From Legionella sp. (GTDB taxonomy: Bacteria; Pseudomonadota; Gammaproteobacteria; Legionellales; Legionellaceae), in NCBI GenBank assembly GCA_002786205.1, contig PEQM01000033.1, positions 18,868 to 82,867 of the forward strand: a DNA stretch of 64,000 nucleotides, in the 5' to 3' direction. The notes beneath the pieces are model-generated. The model saw only the letters and a program-made list of their open reading frames with translations, ran no database searches and was not told where the DNA came from. The translations under genes were made by a program, and so were the position numbers. Positions 21,138-32,174 of this stretch are shown here, piece after piece. The stretch's first letter is position 1; each line of letters begins with the position of its first letter.

Positions 21138-23354
21138 ATGAGAATTAACAGACTTATAGGTTTTAACCATAAAAAAAATCAATCTAGCGGACATGAAGTC
21201 CACAAGAACACGATTGCTTATGATAGCCAAGGACTTGCACATCCGGTTATTTTTAAAAAAAATAAATTCCCTGGCAAAGCAGGAGAAGAGGCCTCTAAAT
21301 TAGAAGCTTGTTTTAGCGCACTGGCTAACCTGTGTGGTAAGCCTCAACATGCATTAAAACAAGACATCATAACCACTGACGATGGGCATATTGCAGGGAT
21401 TGCGACTGAACACGCCAGTAAAATACTATTAGGAATAAATCATCCTTCACTCCCTTTTGCTCAAAGTAACAACTCCTCTTTGCCTTCTGTGTTTTCGGCT
21501 ACTGAATTCAACACCTGGCTGCAACAGATTCAAGCTATAGAATCTATAGAAAGTAAATGGAAAAAAGCGCTCACGGATGAACCATTAGCCCACATCTTAA
21601 TCGAATCCATAGAGCAAGAAATCATACAACATGAAAAACGCATAGAACGCTACTTTAATGAAAGAGTATCATGGTCTATGGCAAATCCGTTTTCAGATGC
21701 GGACTTGATTGACCAGCTAACCCCTTATTGTCAGGAGTGGATACAAGCAAAACAAGAGTTCACCGCAGCTAAACTGCCGCCAGAATTACAATGCCATGCT
21801 GAACTGGCTCGACTGGTTTATGATAAGGAATGGTTGACTTATCATAGCGAGAAAAAAATTGCAGCCAACATACAAAAAATGCAAGAAATAGCCAGTATGG
21901 ATATTGGTATTGGTTTTAATTTTTTAGACACCCTACCACAAAATTTTTTTACCCATCTGCAAAAAGCCAAAGATTGTGGGCAAGTAGAACTGGACATGGA
22001 TTCACTAGCAGACCTTTTTACTATAGCTTACGGTCTTGAAGAAGATGACTTGCATAAAGGCAATATAGGCTATTACATCACCTTGACAAACAACAATAAA
22101 CCCTGTTTTCATTTTTTTAAAATTGATCATGATTTAATGTTTGCCAATAAATTGATGTCAAGCCGTAATGGTGCACGTATTAATCAATTTTTTTATACCA
22201 ATCACTATTTTGCTATTATTGCTCGTGATTTATTGGACTTTCCTGATATTCGAGCATCAAAGAACCATTATTGGCCAACCAGAACTTCTTTTTTTGTCAA
22301 TGGCAGCAAGGCCTATCAAAATAAAAACGAAAGAAATGCATATAAAGCATTAAATAAGGATGCGGTATTTCAAGGAAGAAAATGGTTTTGTTTCTTAAAA
22401 CAAGCCGTGATTCCTCATGAGTTAATCCAATTTACTTTAAAACAACCTCTTAATGCGTTAAACAGCGAAGATGAAACACATGCCACTTTATCGCTGATTG
22501 AAAGGGCTTTTTCATCCCGAATGACGGAGCTACAGCAAGTATTACTCTCTATCCCTGAGTTTAGGTGCTATGCAAAAGACAATGAACTCACGATTAGAAA
22601 CACCATTATGGACGAGTTTAATCAATACATCAGCACTCTTGGCTGTTCTGAAGCGGTCCGTACTGCCATACAAAACGCATCAGTAAAAAAATTAAATACT
22701 GTCTTCCAAGTGATTGCAACCATTCAAGGCACCTGCACTCCATTACAAGCGGCCTTGCTGACAAAAACTTACCGATGCCATGAAACCGCTTCTCTTTTTT
22801 CCATGCATTTACATACGAAAAATGCAACCGGCCAAACTCCGTTTGAGTACGCATTAGAGCAATACCACTTTGCCGCTTTCAATCAAGAAAAACATTTGAT
22901 TCATTACTATGCCGATGTGGTATGTGACTTGTATCTATTACAAACAGCAGAATGTAAAACGCGTTATCTGGAAGAAATAACGCAAATTAAGCCCTTTTGC
23001 TCATACAATAACCTTCCTTGTGTCAGCACATTAGCGGAATATAAAAAAGAAATAAAAGCCCTTCGTGAATTACCTGGCAGTTTAAAACAAGACAAAGTTT
23101 TGGCCATTCACTTACTGGAAAAATCGCATCTAAGTGCAAGCGATTTATCCTTATTGAAAAAAGAACTAACCAACCCTGACCATACGTCACCTTTAAAATT
23201 TATTAAGGAATTACGCTCAGAACTTTGGATAGTCAAACGTATTTGGGGCGCTTATGGTAATACATCGAGCTATCAGCAAATGAATCATATCATTCAACAA
23301 CAGATTGATAAATTATCAGCTATCCCGCAGAATAAGGATTTGCCTGCTTTTTAA
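21138..23354 (+). CDS. AnkK/LegA5-like effector (PI-kinase-like domain plus degenerate ankyrin repeats)
   Basis: FKKNK, SKLEACFS, EEDDLHKGNIGYY, FFKIDHDLMF, NHYWPT. Ankyrin-like TPLQAAL and NATGQTPFEYAL. Confidence 0.7.
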   Translation: MRINRLIGFNHKKNQSSGHEVHKNTIAYDSQGLAHPVIFKKNKFPGKAGEEASKLEACFSALANLCGKPQHALKQDIITTDDGHIAGIATEHASKILLGINHPSLPFAQSNNSSLPSVFSATEFNTWLQQIQAIESIESKWKKALTDEPLAHILIESIEQEIIQHEKRIERYFNERVSWSMANPFSDADLIDQLTPYCQEWIQAKQEFTAAKLPPELQCHAELARLVYDKEWLTYHSEKKIAANIQKMQEIASMDIGIGFNFLDTLPQNFFTHLQKAKDCGQVELDMDSLADLFTIAYGLEEDDLHKGNIGYYITLTNNNKPCFHFFKIDHDLMFANKLMSSRNGARINQFFYTNHYFAIIARDLLDFPDIRASKNHYWPTRTSFFVNGSKAYQNKNERNAYKALNKDAVFQGRKWFCFLKQAVIPHELIQFTLKQPLNALNSEDETHATLSLIERAFSSRMTELQQVLLSIPEFRCYAKDNELTIRNTIMDEFNQYISTLGCSEAVRTAIQNASVKKLNTVFQVIATIQGTCTPLQAALLTKTYRCHETASLFSMHLHTKNATGQTPFEYALEQYHFAAFNQEKHLIHYYADVVCDLYLLQTAECKTRYLEEITQIKPFCSYNNLPCVSTLAEYKKEIKALRELPGSLKQDKVLAIHLLEKSHLSASDLSLLKKELTNPDHTSPLKFIKELRSELWIVKRIWGAYGNTSSYQQMNHIIQQQIDKLSAIPQNKDLPAF

Positions 23355-23359
23355 CTGCC

Positions 23360-25165
23360 ATGAAAAATTTGTTACAGGGATCGTCTGCTTTTATCAACAC
23401 TACCAAGCATCTTACACCAGAACAAAAGCAATTTGTTTTACAGCAGATGCAGCCGCTTGAAATACATTATCAAGATACATTACAACAAATCATGCGCGCT
23501 CCTGCCGCGTTTTTAACTAAAGACTCATTAATTCATCACCCCAAGTTCCCTTATATGGCCTTAAAAGCTCTACAGCAAGAACAAATTAGTGCCCATCAAT
23601 TTGGGACTTTGATAAAATTATGGGGAAGAGTCAACGAACTGCAATCCAATCATGTCAGGCTAAGCTTTGTTCCTCTTTTTCTCTCCAATCAATTACCCAA
23701 CCCTACGGCACAGCAATATCTCCTGGAATGTTTTCAATTCATTCAGCCAGGTTTTATCCAATTGAATCCCAAAGAACAATTAAAAAAATTATATGAAAAA
23801 GCAGGCTCGCTTTCGCTGTTTGAACAAGGTTTCTGGCTAGAACAAGGCTCACCGACTTCCCCCCAAAAGCCCCCCACGCAAACGATAACTCAACGCATCA
23901 AATCACTTAGGCTGCACCCTTTTTCTTTGTGTGAGGAAGAAAATGAGGAAGAACTGATTGTCAGTTTAGGCTTATTTCAGACATGGCTTGATATTGCGCT
24001 GCCTTTTCCTGTCAGACTAAACCCGGTTTTAGGGGTATCAACAGTTCAAGACATTCGCGCAGGAAGTCTAGAACGCTACAGAGATATAGGGATGCCTTTT
24101 CCTGGTATTCCTCTTCCTAATAGCGCCGATGGGTACAGTGCCCCAGGAGTGCTTGATTTTATTTTTCATGATGAATATCACAGTGTAAGAGCCTCCAGAC
24201 TCTCCATTCAGGATACACAGACATTCATAAAAATTGCAGACCGACTGGATATCATGCAGCGATACCTCCATCATGAGATCAAACAATTAGAGCAAAGACA
24301 TCAAACCACAAACCACTTCATTATAAAATGCTTAAGAACCACGACACTTGCAGCTACTGCAAAAAAGTCTCTTGTCGCCAAGTTTCATCAAGAAAACGCT
24401 GTTATTGCAACGTTAAAAAAAATACGCGTAGAATTAGGAAAATTCAAATTTGCTCTCTATGACATGGAGCCTGTTTTTAGTGGTGGCCCTTGGGATTTCT
24501 CTAATACACCCCATTGGAATGAAATCAATGGTGCCTGCTTTATCTTGGCCAATTTGCAAGAAAAAATGAATTTATCTCATTATTTCCTAATGGATTGTAC
24601 TGCGCGCCTTATCGCTCACGCCATACAAGATGTATTCCCCATTCAACAAAGCATCATAACCACTTATCGCAATGAAATCAGAAAAAAATACTTTATCGCA
24701 TGCACATTAAATCAATTGACCTTTGAGCGAGGGCTGTCAGAAGGTCCTGCTGTACTTTCACCCACCGTATGGCAAAAAATCCACAGCAAACCCAAAATAG
24801 AGACCATACTTCAAACTTCCCCTTCCCCCAAAAACACTACTTATCAAAAGCTGTCTCCGCCTAAAAAAGAGCATTCAATAAAAACCTATCCCATTGGACT
24901 TGGTTTATTATTGGTTCTACTGGCCTGGTACTGTACTCGTAAATGTTCCAATCCCATGACCACTCAAAAGACACGCGCCGCTATCTTGCCTGTCTTACCG
25001 CCCTTTTTTTTAATTATCCCCCACCAGGAAAGCAATAGTTCAAAATTCAATTCGAATAAAATGGGCTTATTTTATCACTGCCCTCAACAAGCGAAGAGGC
25101 AGGCTTTAAAATCACCTCTTATTAATAACAGTGATGAGTTACAGCCATCAACCTGCCCGCTTTAG
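23360..25165 (+). CDS. Hypothetical protein (HDEYH motif, C-terminal TM); candidate effector
   Basis: 601-aa ORF 5 bp downstream of the AnkK-like gene. ADGYSAPGVLDFIFHDEYH. TM IGLGLLLVLLAWYC. Confidence 0.6.
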   Translation: MKNLLQGSSAFINTTKHLTPEQKQFVLQQMQPLEIHYQDTLQQIMRAPAAFLTKDSLIHHPKFPYMALKALQQEQISAHQFGTLIKLWGRVNELQSNHVRLSFVPLFLSNQLPNPTAQQYLLECFQFIQPGFIQLNPKEQLKKLYEKAGSLSLFEQGFWLEQGSPTSPQKPPTQTITQRIKSLRLHPFSLCEEENEEELIVSLGLFQTWLDIALPFPVRLNPVLGVSTVQDIRAGSLERYRDIGMPFPGIPLPNSADGYSAPGVLDFIFHDEYHSVRASRLSIQDTQTFIKIADRLDIMQRYLHHEIKQLEQRHQTTNHFIIKCLRTTTLAATAKKSLVAKFHQENAVIATLKKIRVELGKFKFALYDMEPVFSGGPWDFSNTPHWNEINGACFILANLQEKMNLSHYFLMDCTARLIAHAIQDVFPIQQSIITTYRNEIRKKYFIACTLNQLTFERGLSEGPAVLSPTVWQKIHSKPKIETILQTSPSPKNTTYQKLSPPKKEHSIKTYPIGLGLLLVLLAWYCTRKCSNPMTTQKTRAAILPVLPPFFLIIPHQESNSSKFNSNKMGLFYHCPQQAKRQALKSPLINNSDELQPSTCPL

Positions 25166-25210
25166 CCTAAATTCGCCGCGGAGTCCAATAGATCTCTCTT
25201 AACAAAGAGC

Positions 25211-27970
25211 CTATTGGATATCTAAATGGCTTTGATACCACTGTTGACACAATTGACATACTTTTTCAGAAAAAAACTCTTTATCCACAACAGCACAACC
25301 CAGTGCGTCTTGATGTAATAAACCAACATAATGAATGTATGCATTTTTTAACAGGGAAGACTCTTCTTTCCTTAGCCAATGCAGGCGCATCATGTGTTCC
25401 AACTGCTCTAAAGGATGGGTAACTGACGCCAAACTCTCATGCCTTGCATACAACACCAAATATTGAATAAAGAACTCTAAATTCAATAAGCCGCCCATGC
25501 CATGTTTAATCCCTTTGGGTTCCGTATTATTTTCTATTTTTACACGCATATTTTCTATTTCGTGATACAAAGCAAGGCCATCACGAGCACTATGCAAGAT
25601 GTTTCTTTTCAAAGTATGGAATACATTTTTTATGGTGTCGCTGCCCAATAAGACACGTGCTTTGAGTAAAGCCTGATGCTCCCAAATCCAGGCATTTTTT
25701 TGTTGATACTCTACAAAGGCCACCAAAGGACTTACCAACAAGCCTGCAGAACCTGATGGCCTTAAGCGTGTGTCAACGGCAAACAAGCGACCCAGTTGGG
25801 TCGTGGTTGTCAGTTTATAGACTGTCTTTTGCATCCACCGCGTCATTAAAGGTTCCGTAGAAAATTGTGCCGTATAAATGAAAACCAAATCCAAATCCGA
25901 TGTATAATTCATCTCTCTACTACCCAAAGTACCGTAAGCAATCAGCGCCAATTGATTTTCATCAGACCAAAGTTCTGGATAACGCAAACTTAACTCGTCT
26001 TTTGATAATAAAACCACTTGCTTGACTATTGCCTCGGCAACATCAGATAAAAAACGCCCGATGGCTAATGCAGAGCAATGCGCATGGACTTCAGCACGAG
26101 CAGCTAACAGCCAATGAGTTAACTTAAACTGACGTAAATGGTTTTCTTTTTGCTCCATGGTCGCAAGCGATTGCAATTGCTCTGCTAATTGATTTTCCAG
26201 CACATCCAAAGATACAGGCTGCCAATCAAGATTCTGCTGTAAAAATATCTCTAATAGAAATGGATGTTTAATTAATAAAGAAGAGATAAAACTGCTTTGC
26301 GAAAAACAAAACAAAACCTCCTGTAAGGTAGCGGTATTTTCAATCAATAAAGCCAAATAAGCACTACGACCAACTATTTGCTCTAATAACAAAAGCACTT
26401 GTTGTAAAAGCAAATCAGTCTGCTCATAACGAGTTAATTCCATCAGTAACAGCGGAATAAACCTGTCAAGACGTAATCGCGCCACTTGTGACAAACGCCG
26501 ACACCGTGCGCCATGACGAAAAGTATGCAATATTTGATAACAATAAGACGCGTTGCCAAACCCTAAACTGCTCAGCAAGTTGACCGCCATATCGGCCTCC
26601 ATGGGACCATGCCACAGACTGCTTAATTGATAATGAATCAAGCGCTGCTCATTGCTATACGCATTCGTTTGACCAAGCATCAAACGAAATACCTGGCTCA
26701 CCGTCTCTTGGTAGCGATGCAAGGTCGCAACTAATTCATCCCAGGATGCATGCCCCATGGCTAAAACCAACTGTGCTTGTTTTATTGCAGAGTCAGGTAA
26801 AGCATGAGTTTGTTGATCAGCAATCGATTGCAGTATGTTTTCCATACTCCGAAAGTACAAATACGCTTCTGTTAACTCATCACTTTCAGGCAATAGTTTT
26901 TCTTTTTTTAAACAAGCCAAGGCTTCAAGCGCATTCTTAATTTGTAATTTAGGCAGTCTTCCTCCACGAATCAACTGAATACTTTGAATGATAAACTCAA
27001 TTTCTCTTATTCCACCTGGACCTCTTTTGATGTCATTTAAAGACGGATTGAGCTGTACTTCTTTCTCAATCATGGCTTTCATGCCACGCAAAGATTCAAT
27101 CACGCTAAAATCAACATATCGTCTATACACAAAAGGCGTAATCAAATAATCAAACCATGAACAAGATTTCTCTAGAGAAACCTCTATCACTCGCGCTTTA
27201 ACCATTGCATAACGTTCCCAATCACGACCTTGTTCCTGGTAATAAGTCTCCATAGATGACAGACTTAAAGCCAAGGAACCACTTTCGCCATTAGGTCGTA
27301 ATCTTAAATCAACGCGAAAAACAAAGCCCTCTTTAGTCATGGTTTGCATGATTTGAATAAACAGTTGAATCACTTTAATAAAATACTGTTCATTGCTTAT
27401 TTGCTCTTCCCCATCAGTTTTACCTTCGTTATCATAGGCAAATAACAAATCGATATCCGAAGAAAAATTAAGCTCTCTTCCGCCCAACTTGCCCATAGCA
27501 ATCGTGTATAATGAAACGCTCTGCCCTTGTTCATCACGTGGCATACCGTATCGCTTAGATAAAGTATGTTGACTATAGCTTAAGGCATGCATTACCAAAG
27601 CATCTGCACAATCAGACCAGGCCTCTAAAGTATGCTGCAGATCAGAATACTGAGCGTATTCCATCAATAACAACTGCAACCAGTATTTTTGTCTCATCTG
27701 GCGCAATTTTGCATTATAAAGTGCTAAAGGTTGCTCTAAAGACAAAGTACTTAAGGAAGAAAAATACTCTTCCCTGGTACGTTTTTGCAAAGGATTTTCT
27801 GTAATCAGTTCTTGCAATACTTGCCTGTGATGACAAGCATAATCGCTCACTAGCATTAAACGCTCCAAAGCAGCATGCAAGCTTTCAGGGGCTAAGGGAA
27901 TCAGCTTTTCCAGATAACCAATTTTTGAGGACAACAATGGGGGTATGTGGAATAATTTATTTTCTGCCAT
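25211..27970 (-). CDS. glnE: Glutamine synthetase adenylyltransferase GlnE
   Basis: Two NTase halves: MGKLGGRELNFSSDIDL..VDLRLRPNG and YGTLGSREMNYTSDLDL..VDTRLRPSG. Confidence 0.97.
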   Translation of the reverse strand: MAENKLFHIPPLLSSKIGYLEKLIPLAPESLHAALERLMLVSDYACHHRQVLQELITENPLQKRTREEYFSSLSTLSLEQPLALYNAKLRQMRQKYWLQLLLMEYAQYSDLQHTLEAWSDCADALVMHALSYSQHTLSKRYGMPRDEQGQSVSLYTIAMGKLGGRELNFSSDIDLLFAYDNEGKTDGEEQISNEQYFIKVIQLFIQIMQTMTKEGFVFRVDLRLRPNGESGSLALSLSSMETYYQEQGRDWERYAMVKARVIEVSLEKSCSWFDYLITPFVYRRYVDFSVIESLRGMKAMIEKEVQLNPSLNDIKRGPGGIREIEFIIQSIQLIRGGRLPKLQIKNALEALACLKKEKLLPESDELTEAYLYFRSMENILQSIADQQTHALPDSAIKQAQLVLAMGHASWDELVATLHRYQETVSQVFRLMLGQTNAYSNEQRLIHYQLSSLWHGPMEADMAVNLLSSLGFGNASYCYQILHTFRHGARCRRLSQVARLRLDRFIPLLLMELTRYEQTDLLLQQVLLLLEQIVGRSAYLALLIENTATLQEVLFCFSQSSFISSLLIKHPFLLEIFLQQNLDWQPVSLDVLENQLAEQLQSLATMEQKENHLRQFKLTHWLLAARAEVHAHCSALAIGRFLSDVAEAIVKQVVLLSKDELSLRYPELWSDENQLALIAYGTLGSREMNYTSDLDLVFIYTAQFSTEPLMTRWMQKTVYKLTTTTQLGRLFAVDTRLRPSGSAGLLVSPLVAFVEYQQKNAWIWEHQALLKARVLLGSDTIKNVFHTLKRNILHSARDGLALYHEIENMRVKIENNTEPKGIKHGMGGLLNLEFFIQYLVLYARHESLASVTHPLEQLEHMMRLHWLRKEESSLLKNAYIHYVGLLHQDALGCAVVDKEFFSEKVCQLCQQWYQSHLDIQ

Positions 27971-28064
27971 AAAAGAGAATAAAACAATTAATTGATTTGG
28001 ACTCTCTACACAATAACGTGATTCTGATTATACTTAAACTATAAATTATAAATAAGGTCTACTT

Positions 28065-28877
28065 ATGATTTCATTTAAATCCATCTTTTTGTTTTTAAAT
28101 GGTTTATTCTTATTATTAAACACCTCATGGGCCTGGTCACAGCCGGTAATAAAGATACCCAATTTACCCTCGTCCACTATACCCTCGTCCGACAGCTCAT
28201 TACTTGTCATCGGCGTGGATAGCAATACCCCCCCTTATGTTATACAAGGCGGCTTAGGGCAATTATATGGGTATGACATCAGCATGATGAATTACATCTG
28301 TCTTGTCTTAAAACGAACATGCCAATTCAAACCAATGAAATGGATGAATTTAATACCAGCACTGATGAATAATGAAATAGACTTGGCCGTCAGCGACATC
28401 ACCATAACACCTGAGCGAGCTAAAAAAATTAACTTCTCTTTACCCTATGCATTAAGTTATTCTCGTTTTTTAACCAATGTAGACAATTCTGTACCCAACC
28501 CATTTCAATTAAATGCTCTGGATGGAAAAAGGATAGGCGTTGATGAAGGCACTATTTATGAAGAGCAAATCAATCACATGGGCATTAAAAATCTTGTCGT
28601 CGTCACCTATCCTGATGATGACGAAGGAATCAAAGCATTAACCAATAAAGACATAGATTACCTGTTATTAGATAATCCTACGGCATTGTATTGGGCTTCC
28701 AATTCATCTGGAACTCTTAAAGTAATAGGAAAACCCTATAGTTATGGTTACGGGGCTGGTATCGGAATAAGCAATGCTGCAGCCTCGTTAATGCCTGCCA
28801 TTAATCAGGCACTGCTACAGTATCAAAACTCTAATGATTATAAGGAAAATTACAAACGGTACTTAGACTTTTTTTAG
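28065..28877 (+). CDS. Amino-acid ABC transporter substrate-binding protein (ArtJ-like)
   Basis: Signal peptide; GYDISMM, LIPALMNNEIDLAVSDITITPERAKKINFSLPY. Confidence 0.88.
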   Translation: MISFKSIFLFLNGLFLLLNTSWAWSQPVIKIPNLPSSTIPSSDSSLLVIGVDSNTPPYVIQGGLGQLYGYDISMMNYICLVLKRTCQFKPMKWMNLIPALMNNEIDLAVSDITITPERAKKINFSLPYALSYSRFLTNVDNSVPNPFQLNALDGKRIGVDEGTIYEEQINHMGIKNLVVVTYPDDDEGIKALTNKDIDYLLLDNPTALYWASNSSGTLKVIGKPYSYGYGAGIGISNAAASLMPAINQALLQYQNSNDYKENYKRYLDFF

Positions 28878-29056
28878 CGCCTCCTAATTTAGGTGCAATA
28901 AAAACAGCAAAAGGCCATCAGCAGAATAAAAAATATGGGACTTATTCATTACATGTTGAATAGGTTAGGGAAAAAGGCCGATTTGAGTGCATCTCGCTCA
29001 AAGTGAGACCCATAGGGCTTTTCGATGAAAACGATGAGTAATTACAACAGATTATT

Positions 29057-29092
29057 CGCTGTACATAACAAAAAAACCTGTCATGTACAGAG
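29057..29092 (-). mobile_element. 36-bp minimal MITE, copy A, with 9-bp target duplication CAGATTATT
   Basis: CAGATTATT at 29048-29056 and 29093-29101 flank CGCTGTACATAACA-AAAAAACC-TGTCATGTACAGAG. It is 33/36 identical (reverse complement) to copy B. Confidence 0.8.
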
Positions 29093-29099
29093 CAGATTA

Positions 29100-29366
29100 T
29101 TAATGCACAGTGGCTTCTTGAGTAATACAACGACTAATCACTTGTCTTGTAATAAAATCGCCTTGTGACACGCCATAAGTGGATAAAAAATGCCGTGCCA
29201 GAATAACCACCCAACCTGACAACTGCAAATTCATTCTTTTTTCAATCTGATCAACCACTACTTCAAACAGACCTAAAGAATCACTCTCTTTTTGATTGGC
29301 ATATTCTTCCATGATAATGCGCGCAGTTTGCAAATCTTGCTCTCTGGTAGGCCAGTTTTGACTCAT
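29100..29366 (-). CDS. Small hypothetical protein
   Basis: 88-aa ORF with an AGGAG RBS, divergent from rpe. Confidence 0.75.
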   Translation of the reverse strand: MSQNWPTREQDLQTARIIMEEYANQKESDSLGLFEVVVDQIEKRMNLQLSGWVVILARHFLSTYGVSQGDFITRQVISRCITQEATVH

Positions 29367-29552
29367 GAAGCACTCCTAAAAATACAAGGATTAGGATGAT
29401 AGGGTTTAAACTTTAGGCTTGTGATTTTATCACAAATGGCTCAAATTTCCAAACGAAGGATTAAACTTGCAAAGAAAGATTCTGTTTTAACTCTAGCCTA
29501 TTTTTTTTATAGCGCTTATCATATCCTCATTACCTTAATCAGATGATACATT

Positions 29553-30230
29553 ATGGGTTACCTCATTCTACCTTCTCTTCTTGCCGCAGACGTCACTCGC
29601 CTAGGTGAAGAAGTTGATACTGTATTACAAGCTGGCGCAGATTATATTCATTTCGATGTCATGGACAATCATTATGTACCTAATTTAACCTTCGGTCCTT
29701 TGTTTTGTGAAGCTTTAGTACGTAGAACACCCGATATTACCATTGATGTGCATTTAATGGCTCAGCCTGTTGATCCTTTAATCGAAGCGTTTGCCAAAGC
29801 GGGAGCAAAACGAATAAGCTTTCATCCCGAAGCCAGCCTGCATGTAGATCGCAGTTTGCAATTGATTAAACAACATGGCTGCCAGGCAGGTTTGGTGTTA
29901 AATCCTGCAACCGCTATTGAATTCTTGCCCTGGTGTATGCACCTGCTTGATTTTATTTTAATTATGACCGTTAATCCTGGCTTTGGCGGACAAAAACTAA
30001 TCCCCGCTGTACTGAATAAAATCACCATGCTGCACCAATTATATCCGCAATTGCCTCTTTGTGTTGATGGCGGGGTTACAACAACTAATATTGCGAGCCT
30101 GGCACAAGCTGGAGCAAAAGAATTTGTTGCTGGTTCTGCTATCTTTAACAGTCCTGATTATAAAAAAACTATTACTGCTATGCGTCAGGCATTAGCCCGT
30201 GTCACCAATAATAACCAAGGCAATTTTTGA
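29553..30230 (+). CDS. rpe: Ribulose-phosphate 3-epimerase
   Basis: HFDVMDNHYVPNLTFG, DVHLM, MTVNPGFGGQ, VDGG. Confidence 0.97.
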   Translation: MGYLILPSLLAADVTRLGEEVDTVLQAGADYIHFDVMDNHYVPNLTFGPLFCEALVRRTPDITIDVHLMAQPVDPLIEAFAKAGAKRISFHPEASLHVDRSLQLIKQHGCQAGLVLNPATAIEFLPWCMHLLDFILIMTVNPGFGGQKLIPAVLNKITMLHQLYPQLPLCVDGGVTTTNIASLAQAGAKEFVAGSAIFNSPDYKKTITAMRQALARVTNNNQGNF

Positions 30231-30239
30231 AAAATTCAT

Positions 30240-32030
30240 ATGAAAAAACTAATCTTTTTAGCTTGTAGCCTACTGTGTTTTTTTCAATCCCATGCTTTGA
30301 CAGGCAGCGCATATATGGAACGATTTCATTCTTTTATGGGATGGTATCAGCAACTGCCTCTAGCACCTGATCCTGCCTTTTTAGCCTTTGTAAAAGAAAG
30401 TACACCCTTGGCCAATAAATTGCGTGACAAATGGCTGTATGAGCTGGCTCGGCTAAAAGATTGGCCTCGTTATACCGAATACTACCAGCCCTCTCGCGAT
30501 ATCAATCTGGTCTGCTTTAATCACATAGCACATTATCATTTAGGCCATGAACAAGAGGCACTTCGTGATGCCAAATCCATTTGGCTCACCAGTGAATCCT
30601 TACCTCAATCATGCACGACATTATTTGATTTGTTTTTAAAAAATGGCCTGTTTAAACAAGAACTGATTACAGAACGCCTGGCTCTGGCTTTAGACAAACG
30701 CAACCTGCACCTGGCACGGTATCTTTTAAAGCATTATAAAATACCCCATAGCAAAGAAGCAGATCTGTTGTCTCAGATTCATCAAAATCCCAAGTCTATC
30801 ACCCGATTGGAGCCGAATGAATTTAGCAGTCTTTTTTATCTCTATGGCCTAAAGCGTCTGGTTTCAACCGATATGGAGCAAGCCATTAAACTATGGCAGC
30901 AACCTAAAACCAGGCACATCATGAATGAAAGAGATCAACAGTCTTTTCTTGCTCATGTTGCATTATACAAAGCCATGCGTGGCAATGAAGACACACCAAA
31001 CTGGTTTGCCAAAGTCAAACCCTCTTATCGCACAGAAATCGTGATGGATTGGCAGATTCGTTATGCATTGAAACAACACCAATGGCATCATGTCATTGCC
31101 TTAATTCAAGAAGCAAAAAATAAAAATGAGCCTTGCTGGCAGTATTGGTTAGCACGCGCTCATGAAGCTTTAGGACAAAAAGAACAAGCTCAAACACTGT
31201 ATGAACCCTTATCCAGAAACAGACACTATTACGGTTTTTTAGCCAGCCAGAGACTACATAAAAAACCAAGCATGGAAAATGAGCATATCAATACAGACTT
31301 ATCTCAATTGCAAGCTTATCAATCCATAATCAACCAAATAGACAGCTATTACTCTAGCAAAAATTACACGCAAGCCTCCAGGTTACTCAATGATTTTATT
31401 AGCGAATTACCAAAAGAAGAAGCAAGTACTTTGGTGTATTGGGTGGCAACAAGACTACAATGGCATGGCAAATCCGTTTACTTAAGTAACAATGAACTGT
31501 TAAACAATAAACTGGCATTGAGATTTCCTTTGGCATACCAGCAGCTGGTAGAAAATTATGCCAAACAATACAATATGCCGCCTGAATTTGTTTATGCCAT
31601 CATTCGTCAAGAAAGTAGTTTCAGAGAAGATGCCGTTTCTGGCGTTGGCGCACGAGGATTAATGCAAGTCATGCCGACTACAGCCAAAGCAGTCTCCAAG
31701 ACCAGTCGAATCGACTATGCGCATCAAGATCAATTATTCACTTCACAAAAAAACATTCATATAGGTACTGCCTATTTACAACAACTGGCCAAGCGCTTTG
31801 CCAATCACCCCATGTTGATTGCTGCAGCCTATAATGCAGGCCCTCGACAAGTAGTTCAGTGGATACAAAACAGTTCATCCAAAGACATGGACTTATGGAT
31901 TGAAACTTTACCATGGCAAGAAACCCGTAATTATTTAAAAAATGTGATGGCGTTTTCCATAGTGTATCAATACCGTTTAAATCACAAACCAAATCCAAAC
32001 CCTTTTCTAACCCAATTAAAAGTAAATTAA
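30240..32030 (+). CDS. slt: Soluble lytic murein transglycosylase (Slt70-like)
   Basis: Signal peptide, helical repeats, IIRQESSF..AVSGVGARGLMQVMP, AAYNAGP, ETRNYLKNV. Confidence 0.93.
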   Translation: MKKLIFLACSLLCFFQSHALTGSAYMERFHSFMGWYQQLPLAPDPAFLAFVKESTPLANKLRDKWLYELARLKDWPRYTEYYQPSRDINLVCFNHIAHYHLGHEQEALRDAKSIWLTSESLPQSCTTLFDLFLKNGLFKQELITERLALALDKRNLHLARYLLKHYKIPHSKEADLLSQIHQNPKSITRLEPNEFSSLFYLYGLKRLVSTDMEQAIKLWQQPKTRHIMNERDQQSFLAHVALYKAMRGNEDTPNWFAKVKPSYRTEIVMDWQIRYALKQHQWHHVIALIQEAKNKNEPCWQYWLARAHEALGQKEQAQTLYEPLSRNRHYYGFLASQRLHKKPSMENEHINTDLSQLQAYQSIINQIDSYYSSKNYTQASRLLNDFISELPKEEASTLVYWVATRLQWHGKSVYLSNNELLNNKLALRFPLAYQQLVENYAKQYNMPPEFVYAIIRQESSFREDAVSGVGARGLMQVMPTTAKAVSKTSRIDYAHQDQLFTSQKNIHIGTAYLQQLAKRFANHPMLIAAAYNAGPRQVVQWIQNSSSKDMDLWIETLPWQETRNYLKNVMAFSIVYQYRLNHKPNPNPFLTQLKVN

Positions 32031-32138
32031 CTGTTTCATCTGCTTAGGAATCCGTCTGTACACAAAAAAAGAAGAGCCCTATCTACAAAAAGAGAATAAA
32101 ACACGCTCATTGAAAGGCAATAAATTGCTATTAACCAT

Positions 32139-32174
32139 CTCTGTACATGACAGGTTCTTTTGTCATGTACAGAG
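32139..32174 (+). mobile_element. 36-bp minimal MITE, copy B, with 9-bp target duplication ATTAACCAT
   Basis: Perfect 14-bp TIR CTCTGTACATGACA, spacer GGTTCTTT. ATTAACCAT at 32130-32138 and 32175-32183. Confidence 0.85.
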
